A stretch of DNA of 64,000 nucleotides, taken from Camelus dromedarius (Eukaryota). Both the position numbers and the translations under genes were made by a program. The stretch lies in the NCBI RefSeq assembly GCF_036321535.1, contig NC_087455.1:12462001-12526000 (forward strand), in the 5' to 3' direction. Numbering within the stretch: the first letter of the stretch is position 1; each line of letters starts with the position of its first letter. Under the pieces are notes generated by a model, which did not search any database, had not been told where the DNA came from, and saw only the letters and a program-made list of their open reading frames with translations. This document shows positions 14,161 to 25,696 of the stretch, one piece after another.

Positions 14161-14457
14161 TCCGCCCACAGATTCCTAATTCTCAGATAACTACATTACT
14201 AAAAAAAAAAAAAAAAAGTACAGTTAACCATATAATTGAAACCACATTTAACATAATTGAATCTTATCTTAATGACTCAGAAGGGACTTCATAATATTAT
14301 AATGCCTCAGTGTCATCATTATGGTTTTGCTAGTAAAGCATGAAAACATGAGTCAACAGAAAGTTTTTATGTAACAGACACCAAAGAAACCAGCTTTTAG
14401 TCTGTAATTACCTCAACAGAGTGATTGCTTTTTATTATAATTTGTTTTCTTGAACTC

Positions 14458-14640
14458 CTTATTCTCAAAGTATGGTTGCCGGACCAGCAGCATCAGCACT
14501 GCCAGGGAACTTGTTAGAAAGGCAGACTCTCAGGCCCTACACCAGGCAACTGAATCTGAAACTCAGAGAATGGGACCAGTAATCTGTATTTTAACAAGTC
14601 CTCCAGGTAATTCTGAAGCCTGGTAAAATTTAAGATGTAC
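14458..14640 (+). mobile_element. MER5A-like hAT-Charlie MITE
   Basis: ctcaaagtatggttgccggaccagcagcatcagc...gaacttgttagaaaggcagactctcaggccc...ttttaacaagtcctccagg. Confidence 0.8.
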
Positions 14641-15614
14641 TATTCTCATGTATGTTTTAAAGTTAAAATCACTAATTGTCTTTTCCTCTGAGATTCTTTC
14701 TGAATTCAAAGAATTCTAAGACAAAAAGGAACTGTTACTTCAAATCCATGTTTTCAACAAACCTAGAATCCAACCAGCTGTTCTCCTATTTTTATATTCC
14801 TGAATTATTTTAGGCTTTTTATCAAGCTAGAAAACCGGAACTGAATGTAAGATCCCATAAATAATGCATTCTACAAAAGCCTTTGTTTTTAAACAAACTT
14901 TTGTACTTAAATATCCCAGTCATTTACTCACATCTATTTTTGTAACTGCACCCAACATTCCTTCCAAATGTACTAGATTAGCTTCTAATTTCGGCACAAA
15001 TTGTCATCTCCTAGTGAACATCTGCACAACTTTCAATTAGCTTCATCTAAATGGAATGGTTTTGAAAAATAATTCATTATGATTTTTTAATTGTTTCATA
15101 AAGATAGTTAAGATTAGAAACAGAATGAAAATGGAGATGGTATTGAACTGAATCAGGACAACTAGGGCTGTTGATAATTTGCTCAGAGACTTTGAGTTAA
15201 TAATTTCATCTGTCTGGGTCTCAGTTCCCTCACTGTAAGAGAGAGTTGGAGCAGATGACCTGTAAAGTCCATTTCAGGTCTAAGAGTATATAAACCTGTG
15301 ATCTTACTCTTACGCTCTACATACTGTACTTTTACATTAATGTGACATTGTCAAATTATTTTAAGTATTGAATCTATTTTTAGCAGTTTAAAAATTATTT
15401 TAGGATATATGCCTCTTCTTAGGATTCAAGAACAGCACTATAACACTGCTTCCTAGAAAGTTGAAGTTAGTAAAATATGAACACATGCAAACTCTTAGTT
15501 GCTGAAGCACCAAAATGGCAGTGTGACTTTAACAGTCTCTCTTTCTTCAAATGAGTTAATTTATCCCTGAAACTATGGGGATGCATTGCATGAACCCCCC
15601 AAAGCAGAGATTTC

Positions 15615-15865
15615 ACAATGTCATTAGCAAGATGATCTCTGAAGGCAGAATGCCCAGGTCTGAATTCTGGATCTGCCACTTTAGAATTATTTGTCATCTT
15701 GGGCAAGTTATTTAAACTTTCTAATCTTTAAATTTATCAAGCTTCTGTTAAGAGGATAATGATAGCATTTTCATCATACAAATTAAATGAGCTAATCTAC
15801 AAAGAGCACTTAGCACAGAGCCTAGAATAAAATGAACACTCAATAAACGTTGGGTATTTTTATTA
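15615..15865 (+). mobile_element. MIR SINE
   Basis: tctgaattctggatctgccact...tcttgggcaagttatttaaac...cactcaataaacgtt. Confidence 0.75.
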
Positions 15866-15984
15866 ATATAACTTGCAAAGTTGGCTCTCTGATCAGAGGT
15901 ATCAGAAAAGATCTGCAGCTCAACTGAGTGAACACACAGGATACAGCTGCCCTGTGCAATGCATCTCACCCTTCACAATAGGGA

Positions 15985-16142
15985 CAGAGCTTCTCAAACT
16001 TCAGGATGTATCAGGCCTACTTGGGATGCTTTTTTAAAAAAAAAATGCAGATTCGTGGGCTCTGCTTCCAGAAGCTCCAATTCTGCAATTTTAAATATGT
16101 TATTTTGAAGACAGGCTGTTGAGGACTGCAGCTTGAGAAACA
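15985..16142. mobile_element. MER5-like hAT MITE
   Basis: Terminal cttctcaaactt ... cttgagaaaca inverted ends and internal aaatgcagattcgtggg. Confidence 0.55.
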
Positions 16143-17475
16143 TTTCTGTAGGGGTTTCAAAGAGAAAGAATCTCTCCCTTCAAGTACTTACCATCACCAA
16201 GCATTTTTTCCATTTCAGAACTCACTGCAGCTGCCGTAGTGTTGCTTCTGTTGGCCGTGTACCACATACACCTAATACAGTCCTTCCATGTAGATTCCTT
16301 CCATTTGCCATCACTTTAAGTTCCAATATCTATGTCTTGATTCAGTGATATAACTTAACCCTTTATCTTGTATTTGGGAGCTGCCTAATCCTCTAAACCC
16401 CAAGACCTCCAAATACGTGACTACTGAAGGCTTCTGATATGTGAGCTCTTCCTGACCTCTCAACACAGAAGATTCATTAACCCTGACTGCTGACCTACAA
16501 ACCTGACCATGGCCTGAATCCTGGTCTCAGAATACCACTTCCAACACTGCTGCCAGCAAGTATGTCTTCAGGATAGTGTGCATTTTCAGAGATTGCAATA
16601 CGTCAAAACGTATAGAAATTTAATTCACAGAACTTTAACGTATACAAAACAACTTAAACAACAAGAAAGCAACAATCAGGGATCAGGAGGGCTATGACAA
16701 AGGAATTTAACTGTATTACAAACGTTTGACATAAGCTCACCGAATGAAAGGGGGGGTGGGGAGAGCTGACCTAAATAACCTTGAATGGTGTTTTGACTGA
16801 AAACTGTTAATACTAAAGACAAAAAGAACTGTACATAAACACTGTATGTTCGCTAATAAAGCTGTCCATCATGGAGGTATGGGTTTATCATTCTGAAACT
16901 GTTTTACGTTCATACTGGGGCAAACCAATAAGTAAACGGACGGTGGATAGTGGGAGAGGATTTCCTAATGTTGGATAAGGAAGTTACAGATAAGCAAGGG
17001 AAGAAGACTACAATGGTGGCACTAGGTTAGAGCTGAAGATATCAGTCTGAACACATGGTTACCTTAATACAGATGCAGATGGACATATACAGAAACAATG
17101 ACAGTTATGTGTATACATGTGTTCGTATACATACATATACTTCCTGGCTCTGACCGCTGAAAGGGCCTAGAAGCAGTGACACTCTGGTAGCAACAAACCA
17201 ACTCAGAGCCCAGATCTTAGTTTCTAAATACTATTTTCCAATAAAAGGAACCAGAAACCCTTGGAGAAATAGCTGATTTGGGGGGCTGGGACAGGGAAAA
17301 TACAATTCTTTACAAAAGAATTTAAAATAATTCAGGTAGATATTTGTCCCTCTAGGAGGTAGAGCTTAATTCTCCCTACTTAAGTGTGGCCAGAGTAGTG
17401 AGTTGCTTCCATAACAGTATGTAGAAGGAGGGAAAAAAAAAGACAGGTACTTTTACAGTAAAGAAACCTGACATA

Positions 17476-18380
17476 AATATACCACATCTTCTTTATCCAG
17501 TCACCTGTTGATGGACATTTAGGCTGTTTCCATGTCTTGGCTATTGTAAATAGTGCTGCTATGAACATTGGGGTGCAGGTGTCATTTTGAAGTAGGATTC
17601 CTTCTGGATATATGCCCAGGAGCGGGATTCCTGGGTCATATGGTAAGTCTATTCCTAGTCTTTTGAGGAATCTGCATACTGTTTTCCACAGTGGCTGCAC
17701 CAAACTGCATTCCCACCAGCAGTGTAGGAGGGTTCCCTTTTCTCCACAGCCTCTCCAGCATTTGTCATTTCTGGATTTTTGAATGATGGCCATNNNNNNN
17801 NNNNNNNNNNNNNNNNNNNNNNNNNNNNNNNNNNNNNNNNNNNNNNNNNNNNNNNNNNNNNNNNNNNNNNNNNNNNNNNNNNNNNNNNNNNNNNNNNNNN
17901 NNNNNNNNNNNNNNNNNNNNNNNNTAAAAACCAACAACATAATGCCATTTGCAGCAACATGGATACTCCTGGAGAATGTCATTCTAAGTGAAGTAAGCCA
18001 GAAAGAGAAATAAAAATACCATATGAGATCACTCATATGTGGAATCTAAAAAAAAACAAAAACAAACAAAACAAACAAAACATAAATACAAAACAGAAAC
18101 AGACTCATAGACATAGAACACAAACTTGTGGTTGCCAAGGGGGCGGGGGGTGGGAAGGAATAGACTGGGATTTCAAAATGTAAAACAGATAAACAAGATT
18201 ATACTGTATAGCACAGGGAAATATATACAAGATCTTATGGTAGCTCACAGAGAAAAAAATGTGACAATGAATATATATATCTTCATGTATAATTGAAAAA
18301 TTGGGCTCTACACTGGAATTTGACACAACATTGTAAAGTTATTACAAATCAATAAAAATGTTAAAAAAAAAAAAAAAAAA
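17476..18380 (+). mobile_element. Young L1 insertion with 5' inversion, 3'UTR, poly(A) and 15-bp TSD
   Basis: 17476-17793 is reverse-complement ORF2 C-terminus ([19 protein letters not shown]...KCPSTGDWIKKMWYI). 17925-18380 is forward ORF2 end, 3'UTR and A-tail. TSD aagaaacctgacata (17461) / aagaaaactgacata (18379). Confidence 0.88.
17794..17924. other. Assembly gap (131 N)
   Basis: N run. Confidence 0.99.
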
Positions 18381-18606
18381 GAAAACTGACATACACTGCT
18401 AGGGCCAGGTGACAAAGGTCAACATTACCAGTAAATCATGTTAAAAAACAAAACAGTGGATCATGTTGATGACATGTACCCCCCCGATATGATGTGATGA
18501 GGAGGACACTCAACTTCGATGGTTCTCCTGCCTAAAACCCCAATCTCATCATGACAAACCCAAATTGAGGGACATTCTATGGAATATCTTACCAGGATTT
18601 CCCAAA

Positions 18607-18952
18607 NNNNNNNNNNNNNNNNNNNNNNNNNNNNNNNNNNNNNNNNNNNNNNNNNNNNNNNNNNNNNNNNNNNNNNNNNNNNNNNNNNNNNNNNNNNNNN
18701 NNNNNNNNNNNNNNNNNNNNNNNNNNNNNNNNNNNNNNNNNNNNNNNNNNNNNNNNNNNNNNNNNNNNNNNNNNNNNNNNNNNNNNNNNNNNNNNNNNNN
18801 NNNNNNNNNNNNNNNNNNNNNNNNNNNNNNNNNNNNNNNNNNNNNNNNNNNNNNNNNNNNNNNNNNNNNNNNNNNNNNNNNNNNNNNNNNNNNNNNNNNN
18901 NNNNNNNNNNNNNNNNNNNNNNNNNNNNNNNNNNNNNNNNNNNNNNNNNNNN
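18607..18952. other. Assembly gap (346 N)
   Basis: N run. Confidence 0.99.
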
Positions 18953-19307
18953 AAGAGGCGAAATTCAATGTGGTATCTGGGACTGGATCCTGGACAATGT
19001 CTTGAAAAAGGACATGAGCGAAATCCGAATAGTTTGGAGTTTACTATTTGGTTTAGACAACAGCAATGTACAAATGTTACTTCTTAGTTTTGACAAATGT
19101 ACCGGGGTAATGTACGATCTTAACAACTAGGGGGACTGGGTTTTACGAGAACTCTCTGCACTACCTGCAACTTGTTGTTAACCTAATATTTTTCCAAAAT
19201 AAAAAGTTTATTTAAAAAGAGAGAGGGCATAAACACAAAATGAGGTAAAAGAGACTGCAAAAAGAGGTGAAGCTATGCTTAGAAAAGTTTATGTGATTAA
19301 AAAAGTA

Positions 19308-19455
19308 TTTTTTTTTTTTTTGCTTTTTTGTTTTTTTGTGGGGGGAGGAGGTAGTTAGATCTAATTATTTATTTTTAGAGGAGGTACTGGGGATTGAACC
19401 CAGGACCCTGTGCATGCTAGGCATGTGCTCTACCACTTGAGCTGTACCCTCCCCC
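19308..19455 (-). mobile_element. tRNA-derived SINE (camelid-type)
   Basis: Reverse of gggggagggtacagctcaagtggtagagcac...gggttcaatcccc (A/B boxes), A-rich tail, TSD aaaaagta at 19300 and 19456. Confidence 0.92.
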
Positions 19456-20127
19456 AAAAAGTAATTCTTAACTGTTGTTATTTGGCATAAAGAATTTTAT
19501 TTGCAGGTAACGAGGGCATTAGTCAGGTAATATTATTAAAGCAAGGGCCTCAGTATTCAGAATACCAATGAAGCGGGCACACACAGACACACACACACAC
19601 ACACAGCTGAAATCTTTTCTCAACACCATCTTCAAAATGAAAAGATTAAACAAACTCAGGCTGCAGTGTTTGGGCAAATAAACGGAAGCAGGAATCAAGA
19701 AGCACATCTATTAACTAGTTCAACCGTCTCAGACAAGCTATTTCATCTCTCTGGGTCTCTGCTTCCTGATCTGTAATAGAAGCAGGTTCAAAAAAGATGT
19801 TTAAAGATCCTTTCAGGGCAAAGATACAACCACCTCCTTGAAACCAAATCCTTCTATATGTCCTCCCACCCTCCAGTAGCTCCTTCTCAATCTCATCTGC
19901 CTGCAACGCCACCCAACCCCCCAGGATGCTGTCCCCAGGCCCTCTTTTCATTTCATAGATTCTCCCTAAGAAACAAATACATGTTTCATGGCTTCAGTTT
20001 CCATGTGTAGGCTATTTACAAATCCTACCTTTATCCTGAGCTAACTGCTTACTGGTCATCTCCACTTGGGGTCATGTCTAAAACTGAATTCATTTCCCCA
20101 AAAAGAACTTGTCCTTGAGTTCCCATC

Positions 20128-20585
20128 TGTGATAGACTAACAGCCCCCACAAAGATGTCCATTTCCCAATCCCCAGGACCTATAGGCTATGTTATATGGA
20201 AAGAGAGAATTAAGGTTTACTAATCAACTGACCCTGAAATGGGGAGACAATTTATCCTGGATTATCTGGGTGCACCTAATATAATAACAAGGGTCTCTAT
20301 TAGTGACAGAAAGAAACAGGAGAGTCAATGTCATGATGATGCGGGATGAGAAAGACCTGACCTGACCCACCACTGGCAGATTTGAAGATGGAAGGAATGT
20401 GAGCAGCCTCTAGAAGCTGGAAAAGGCAAGAAAATGACTCTCCCCTAAAGCCTCCAGAACGGAACACAGTCCTTCTCACATCCTGATGTTAGCCCAGTGG
20501 GACCCATTTCAGATTCTGACCTTCAGCTCTGTAAGAGAATAAATCTGTGTTACTTGTTCCAACAGCAATAGCAAAGTAATATACC
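20128..20585 (+). mobile_element. MLT1D-like MaLR solo LTR
   Basis: TG start, aaagatgtcc...atcctggattatctgggtg...ctagaagctggaaaaggcaagaaaa...aataaatctgtgtt. Confidence 0.85.
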
Positions 20586-21109
20586 AGATTAGAAAACGAG
20601 GCCTCTTTTCACGGATGCTTCAGTTAGAAATTTGAGTTTTCACTGCTGACCTCTTCTTTTCCCTCAATTTCTATATTCAGTAGATCACCGAGTTTCATCA
20701 GTTATTCCTCCTGTGTCTCTTTTGAATCTGTCTGCTTCTCAATGACCCCATACTACCTTCCTAGTCCAAGTCACTACTATCTAATGCCTGGGACCACAGC
20801 AGCTCCCGACTGGTTAGTCTACCTTTGGGCTCATTCGTAGGAAGCCATTTTCCACATGACAGCCAGAGAATGAATGTAAAATACAAATTATCTTATTCTT
20901 TAAAAAAAAAAAAAACTTTTTATTAGCTCCTCACTGCCCTAAAAATAAAGTGCAAACACTTTTGTTCGACTTATGAGAGCCTACTACCTCTATTCTGACC
21001 CTTTCCTATTTTCTCCAGCCTCTGCTCAGTACACAAATGCCATGTCTATCTTAGTCATTGCTGTATTTCCAATACCTAGTACAGGTAGTATTAATCCTTT
21101 TGGTCCCCA

Positions 21110-21545
21110 TATGAAAGCTACCCCCTCATTGAGAGGTAGAGTTTATTTTCTCTCTCCATGAATGGAGGCTGGTCCAGTGACCAGTATATTGGATACAGTA
21201 GAAGTGATGTCTGGAACTTCTGAGCCCATATCTTAACAAGTCTGGCAGCTTCTGTTTCCTTGAATGCCTACCATGCTGGGATAAACTCAAACCATGTGGA
21301 GAGGCCACATGAAGGAGAATCCTAAGGTCCTGGTCAATGGGTGCCCAACAGGGTACCCAGTCAACAGTCAGCACCAACTGCCAGCCATGTAAGGGAGCCA
21401 CCTTGTAAGTTCCAACCCAGGAGAACCCCTAAATGGCTGCCATCTTAACTGATATCACATTGAGCGGAAAAGCGTCCCAGCCCAGTTTGGTCAAACCACT
21501 GAATCATAAGATGTTAAGTTTTACAGCAACATGGGCATATAGCAA
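21110..21545 (+). mobile_element. MLT1F/G-like MaLR LTR
   Basis: ccatgtggagaggccacatgaagg...cagcaccaactgccagccatgtaagggagcca. Confidence 0.65.
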
Positions 21546-23199
21546 TGTAGGTTTAAACTCTTCTCCTGGTTCCAATTTCATATATTGCTCCTTAGCAAAT
21601 CACCCCAATAAGCTCTGTCTCTTGATATGAGGAACAGCCTACAAGCACAAAGATGGGAAGACTTGCCGGGGGCCGTCACTGGAGAGTCGTTACTATAGCA
21701 CATGATAAATACTCAATAGCACTAATAAATGTGTGAGTGCCTATCTTATCTCTTAAACCTCATTTCTTTTCCAGATTCAGAGTTAAAGTGAATTCTTAAT
21801 GAAAAAGAGAAGTTAAATTAGTCACCTGTTAAACTCTAACAGTTAAAATCGAATTTTGGCAAATGTATTTCCTGTGGGTTTTTTCCAGAAATCTATTCCC
21901 ACAGTACTCACCTGGGACCCACAAAAACCATTAAATATATATAGAACAAAAGTATATTAAAATCCCTGTTTGCATGGCAGTCATTTGCTCCACTTGCGCC
22001 ATAACTATACGATAATGCCAGGCACAGATTATGTGAAGGATTTTGCTTGTTTTGAGAGGGTCCCCCATTGGATATAGCCAAGAATGGTAAAGGATAAGAA
22101 AGAAAAACAATGTCGTTGGGGTGAAAAATGCAAATATTCATTAAATACCTAAATGAAAAGTGAATTACTAGAAGACAATGAGTTAACTAAAAAATAAAAG
22201 AACAAAGGAAAGACTGCTCACAGTGGAGCATGTGAAACATCTCTTAGAATTGCATGGTCCAACTCTTATGACATCCATCTGGATCTAAGAGAAGGTTTCT
22301 GGGTGTTACAGGGATTTGATACATGAATCTGGTAGGGTTCACTATAGGAACTATCATTTGTATTTTGCTTTCCAATTATTAAGCATCTAAACACAGGTGC
22401 ATAATGTACTTTGGAAAGATAAAGTAGGTACAGGGAAATTCTTTCAAGCTCAACAAATTCCAAAACTACTAGGATGGAACGCACCATTCTAAGAAAGTAG
22501 AGACAACTAACAAAATGCATTTTCTATGTAACAGATTATATAATCTTTTTTTGTTAACTGGTTTAAATATCTATTTTACTCTGTCCCAAAGGAGCTCTGA
22601 TCCTTTTTTTGCTTGAAATTAAATCCCTTACTAATTTTTCTGAAACTAGAACACATTTCTGGTTCTGAAACCGTGTCATAGGTATCATTTTTTTTCCTGC
22701 TAAGAAGATAATATGTCCATCCTCCCCGCCGCCTCCAACACAAACACACTTGGTCCTCACTCAGTACACATCCTCAGTGCCATTCTCCACCCCAACTGGA
22801 AGGTATACATTTTAAAGTTATTTTCCTACTAATTCCCTTTATATTCTCATTAAATGCTTACAGAATGGCCAGCCAGGATGAGAAGTAAATCTGGCATGAC
22901 AAAGCATATAAACTGTTTCTAACCAGGAACAATCATGAAAAGGAGGTACTCGCCATATTTTACACGCAAAGAAAGGAAGCTCAGAGAAGTGAAGTAACTG
23001 ATTCAAACTTACACAGCTAGTAGATAACAGAACTTGCATTTTAACTCAGGGCTATTTGTACAGTATTAAATTTGTACAATACTAATTCTCAACCAAGAGC
23101 TCCAAAGATTCCATCTTTCTCCTCTGAAAGTGCACAAATAACTATTAACAAAAACATTCTTTTGTTATTTTTATTGGTCAAAAACTAATTGACCAATAA

Positions 23200-23460
23200 A
23201 ATCTGAGTGCTATGTGCCAAACACTGTGGAGAGCACTTTATACACATTATTTAATTCTCACACTGACCCTAAATAAGGTGGGAATGGGGAGAAGTGCGTG
23301 GGCACACAGTGAAATACTCAATAGATATTAGTTGCTATTTTATAATGTTATCCCCTATTTTACAAATAAGGAAACAAAAACCTAAAGTCACTATACTGTT
23401 AACTAGCAGAGCTGAGTCTGAACTCAGGTTACTTGATTCCAGAACTGGTTCTTAAAGTCC
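23200..23460 (-). mobile_element. MIR SINE (with short internal L2-like piece)
   Basis: tgctatgtgccaaacactgtg...atcccctattttacaaataaggaaac. Confidence 0.6.
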
Positions 23461-23899
23461 TAAATTACTCTGCCTAGCCAGCCGAAGTATTCTGCTGCCC
23501 TATTGGGCAAAAATGGAAAGAAGAAAGGAACCCGGCAGTCAGCAAGGCCTTACTATATTATGAGATGTACTACATCTTCTTGATGTAATAGTACTGAAGC
23601 TATAACACATGGTGGTAAAAATCTTAGAAAGTCCCAAGCTGAAGTCCATCTTCAACCAGAACTATTTGCATCTCCCTGAATCTGCCAGGTATCCGCAAAC
23701 AGTTCTTCATGGGTCTCACATCTCTCTGCACATCTTGTGGAAGCACTAACTGCCTTTCTGTCCCAGACTAGCTTTTCAAGGATGTTTGTATAATGAACAA
23801 AGCTTTAGAAGACTAAGATCGTGGCTCCCACCAGAGCAGAGGGCAGTATAATAAAGATAATAATAAAGATAATGTCTTCCTTGAGGGCAAAGGTCAGGC

Positions 23900-24210
23900 A
23901 GGTTTACTGCCCATTATAAAAATCTGGGTTCCCCAAGCTCAAGGTTCCCCAGCTCTGACACAAACCCACTGTGGTATCCCCCTGGGCTCTTCCATATCAC
24001 CACTGTAAGGACTAGGTTTGGGGAGTGAGGGAGACAACAAGGCGAACCCACAGGAACGTGATACTCAAACAGTTTGTGATGTGCAGGAAGAAAGCCCTCT
24101 GTCTCTGACCCCGGAGTTTCCTGTCTTCTGCCAGCATCCATGAAACTGTGGCAGGCTAACCTGACAGCTTTCAGCAGGGTAAAACCCCAGATCCTTCACA
24201 GAGCTTGACA
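23900..24210 (+). mobile_element. ERVL LTR, MER74/MER73-like
   Basis: 3' end tctctgaccccggagtttcctgtcttctgccagcatccatgaaactgtggcaggctaac...cagagcttgaca. Confidence 0.55.
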
Positions 24211-24638
24211 CCGAACTCTCTGACACCCACTCTACAGGAAACGCTACGCATCTTTTGGTCATCATCTCCTGTCTGAAATTTCTCCTCAAGGTCCTCAGCT
24301 AGAATTTACTACTAACTTCATGATGTCCCCACTGTTTCCTGAGCAGGAAATAGGTTTGCTTCACAGCACTTTCGAAGCTTTATTCCACTTGCTTATTTGT
24401 GTGCTGTGCCAGTTAATTTATTGCCTCTTAGCTCAAAATTTATCTTTTTATACACGCTTTGTAATAATGAGTGAAATTGCTTTAAGCATTTCTCCTTACA
24501 GTGAGCAAAATGTTAAGCTCTCTCAACAGAAGGTGTTGGAAGGACACTGCAGGAGGGAGTTCTCCAGCAAACATTATACTTAATGATGAAAGAACAAACG
24601 ATTTTGCCCTAAGATTAGGAACAAGATAAGGATGTCTG

Positions 24639-24781
24639 GCAGGGGGGAGGATATAGTTCAAACAGTAGAGCACATGCTTAGCATGCACAAGGTCCTGGGT
24701 TCAATCCCCAGTACCTCCTCTAAAAGTAAGTAAATAAATAAGCCTAATTATCTCTCCTTGCCCCCCCCCCAAAAAAGAAAA
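24639..24781 (+). mobile_element. tRNA-derived SINE (camelid-type) nested in L1
   Basis: ggggggaggatatagttcaaacagtagagc...gggttcaatccccag; perfect 16-bp TSD aagataaggatgtctg at 24623 and 24782. Confidence 0.93.
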
Positions 24782-25557
24782 AAGATAAGGATGTCTGTTT
24801 CTGCCACTCCTATCCAACACTGTACTCACTGCTGGTTCTAGCTAGGTAAGAAAAAGGAACAAAAAGCAACCAGATTGGGAAGGAAGAAATAAAACTATTT
24901 CTATTCACAGATGACATGGTCTTGTTGAAAACAAGAAAATCCTAAGGAATTCACTAAAAAAAAAGAAAAAAATATACATGCCAGAACTAAATAAATGAGT
25001 TCAGCAAAGCTGCAGGATACAAGGTCAACACATAAAAATCAATTTTATTTTTATTCATTTGCAATGAACAATCTGAAAATGAAATTTTTTAAAAATTCCA
25101 TTTATAATAGCATCAAAAATGTTTTAGGATAAATTAACAAAAGAAATGTAAAACTAATACTCTGAAAACATTACTGAAAGAAATTAAAGATCTAAGTAAA
25201 TGTAAAAAAAGTCCTATGGTCGGTAGATTGGAAGACTTAATATTGTTGAGATGGTAATATTTCCAAAATGGGCCACAAGCTTCATGCAATCCCATCAGAA
25301 TCCCACCTGGCTTCTTTGTCAAAACTGATAGGCTGATCCTAAAATCCATATAGAATTGCAAGAGACCCCAAAGACCCAAAAGAATTTTGAAAAAGGAGAG
25401 CAAAGTTGGAGGACTACTCTTCCCAAATTCAAAACTTACCACAAAGCAACAGCTACAAGGCAGTGTGGTACAAGCATAAGGGTAGGCACACAGAATTCTA
25501 TCAGTAGAATAGAACTGAGAGTCCAAAAATAAACTGTGTGCCAAAGGTCAACTGATT

Positions 25558-25696
25558 NNNNNNNNNNNNNNNNNNNNNNNNNNNNNNNNNNNNNNNNNNN
25601 NNNNNNNNNNNNNNNNNNNNNNNNNNNNNNNNNNNNNNNNNNNNNNNNNNNNNNNNNNNNNNNNNNNNNNNNNNNNNNNNNNNNNNNNNNNNNNNN
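25558..25696. other. Assembly gap (139 N)
   Basis: N run. Confidence 0.99.

Larger units (their letters stand above)
16570..19215 (+). mobile_element. Old L1 3' end (L1MC/MD-like), interrupted by a young L1 and by assembly gaps
   Basis: Typical old L1 3'UTR blocks (caaacccaaattgagggacattcta; aatgtggtatctgggactggatcctgga; aataaaaagtttatttaaaaa end). Confidence 0.75.

Noticed and set aside
17380-19130. Long ORFs spanning N runs
   Set aside because: Artefacts of gaps translated as X; the real portion is an L1 ORF2 fragment.
23833-23846. CTCF-like AGAGCAGAGGGCAG
   Set aside because: Lacks the conserved leading CC; weaker than the 28987 site.
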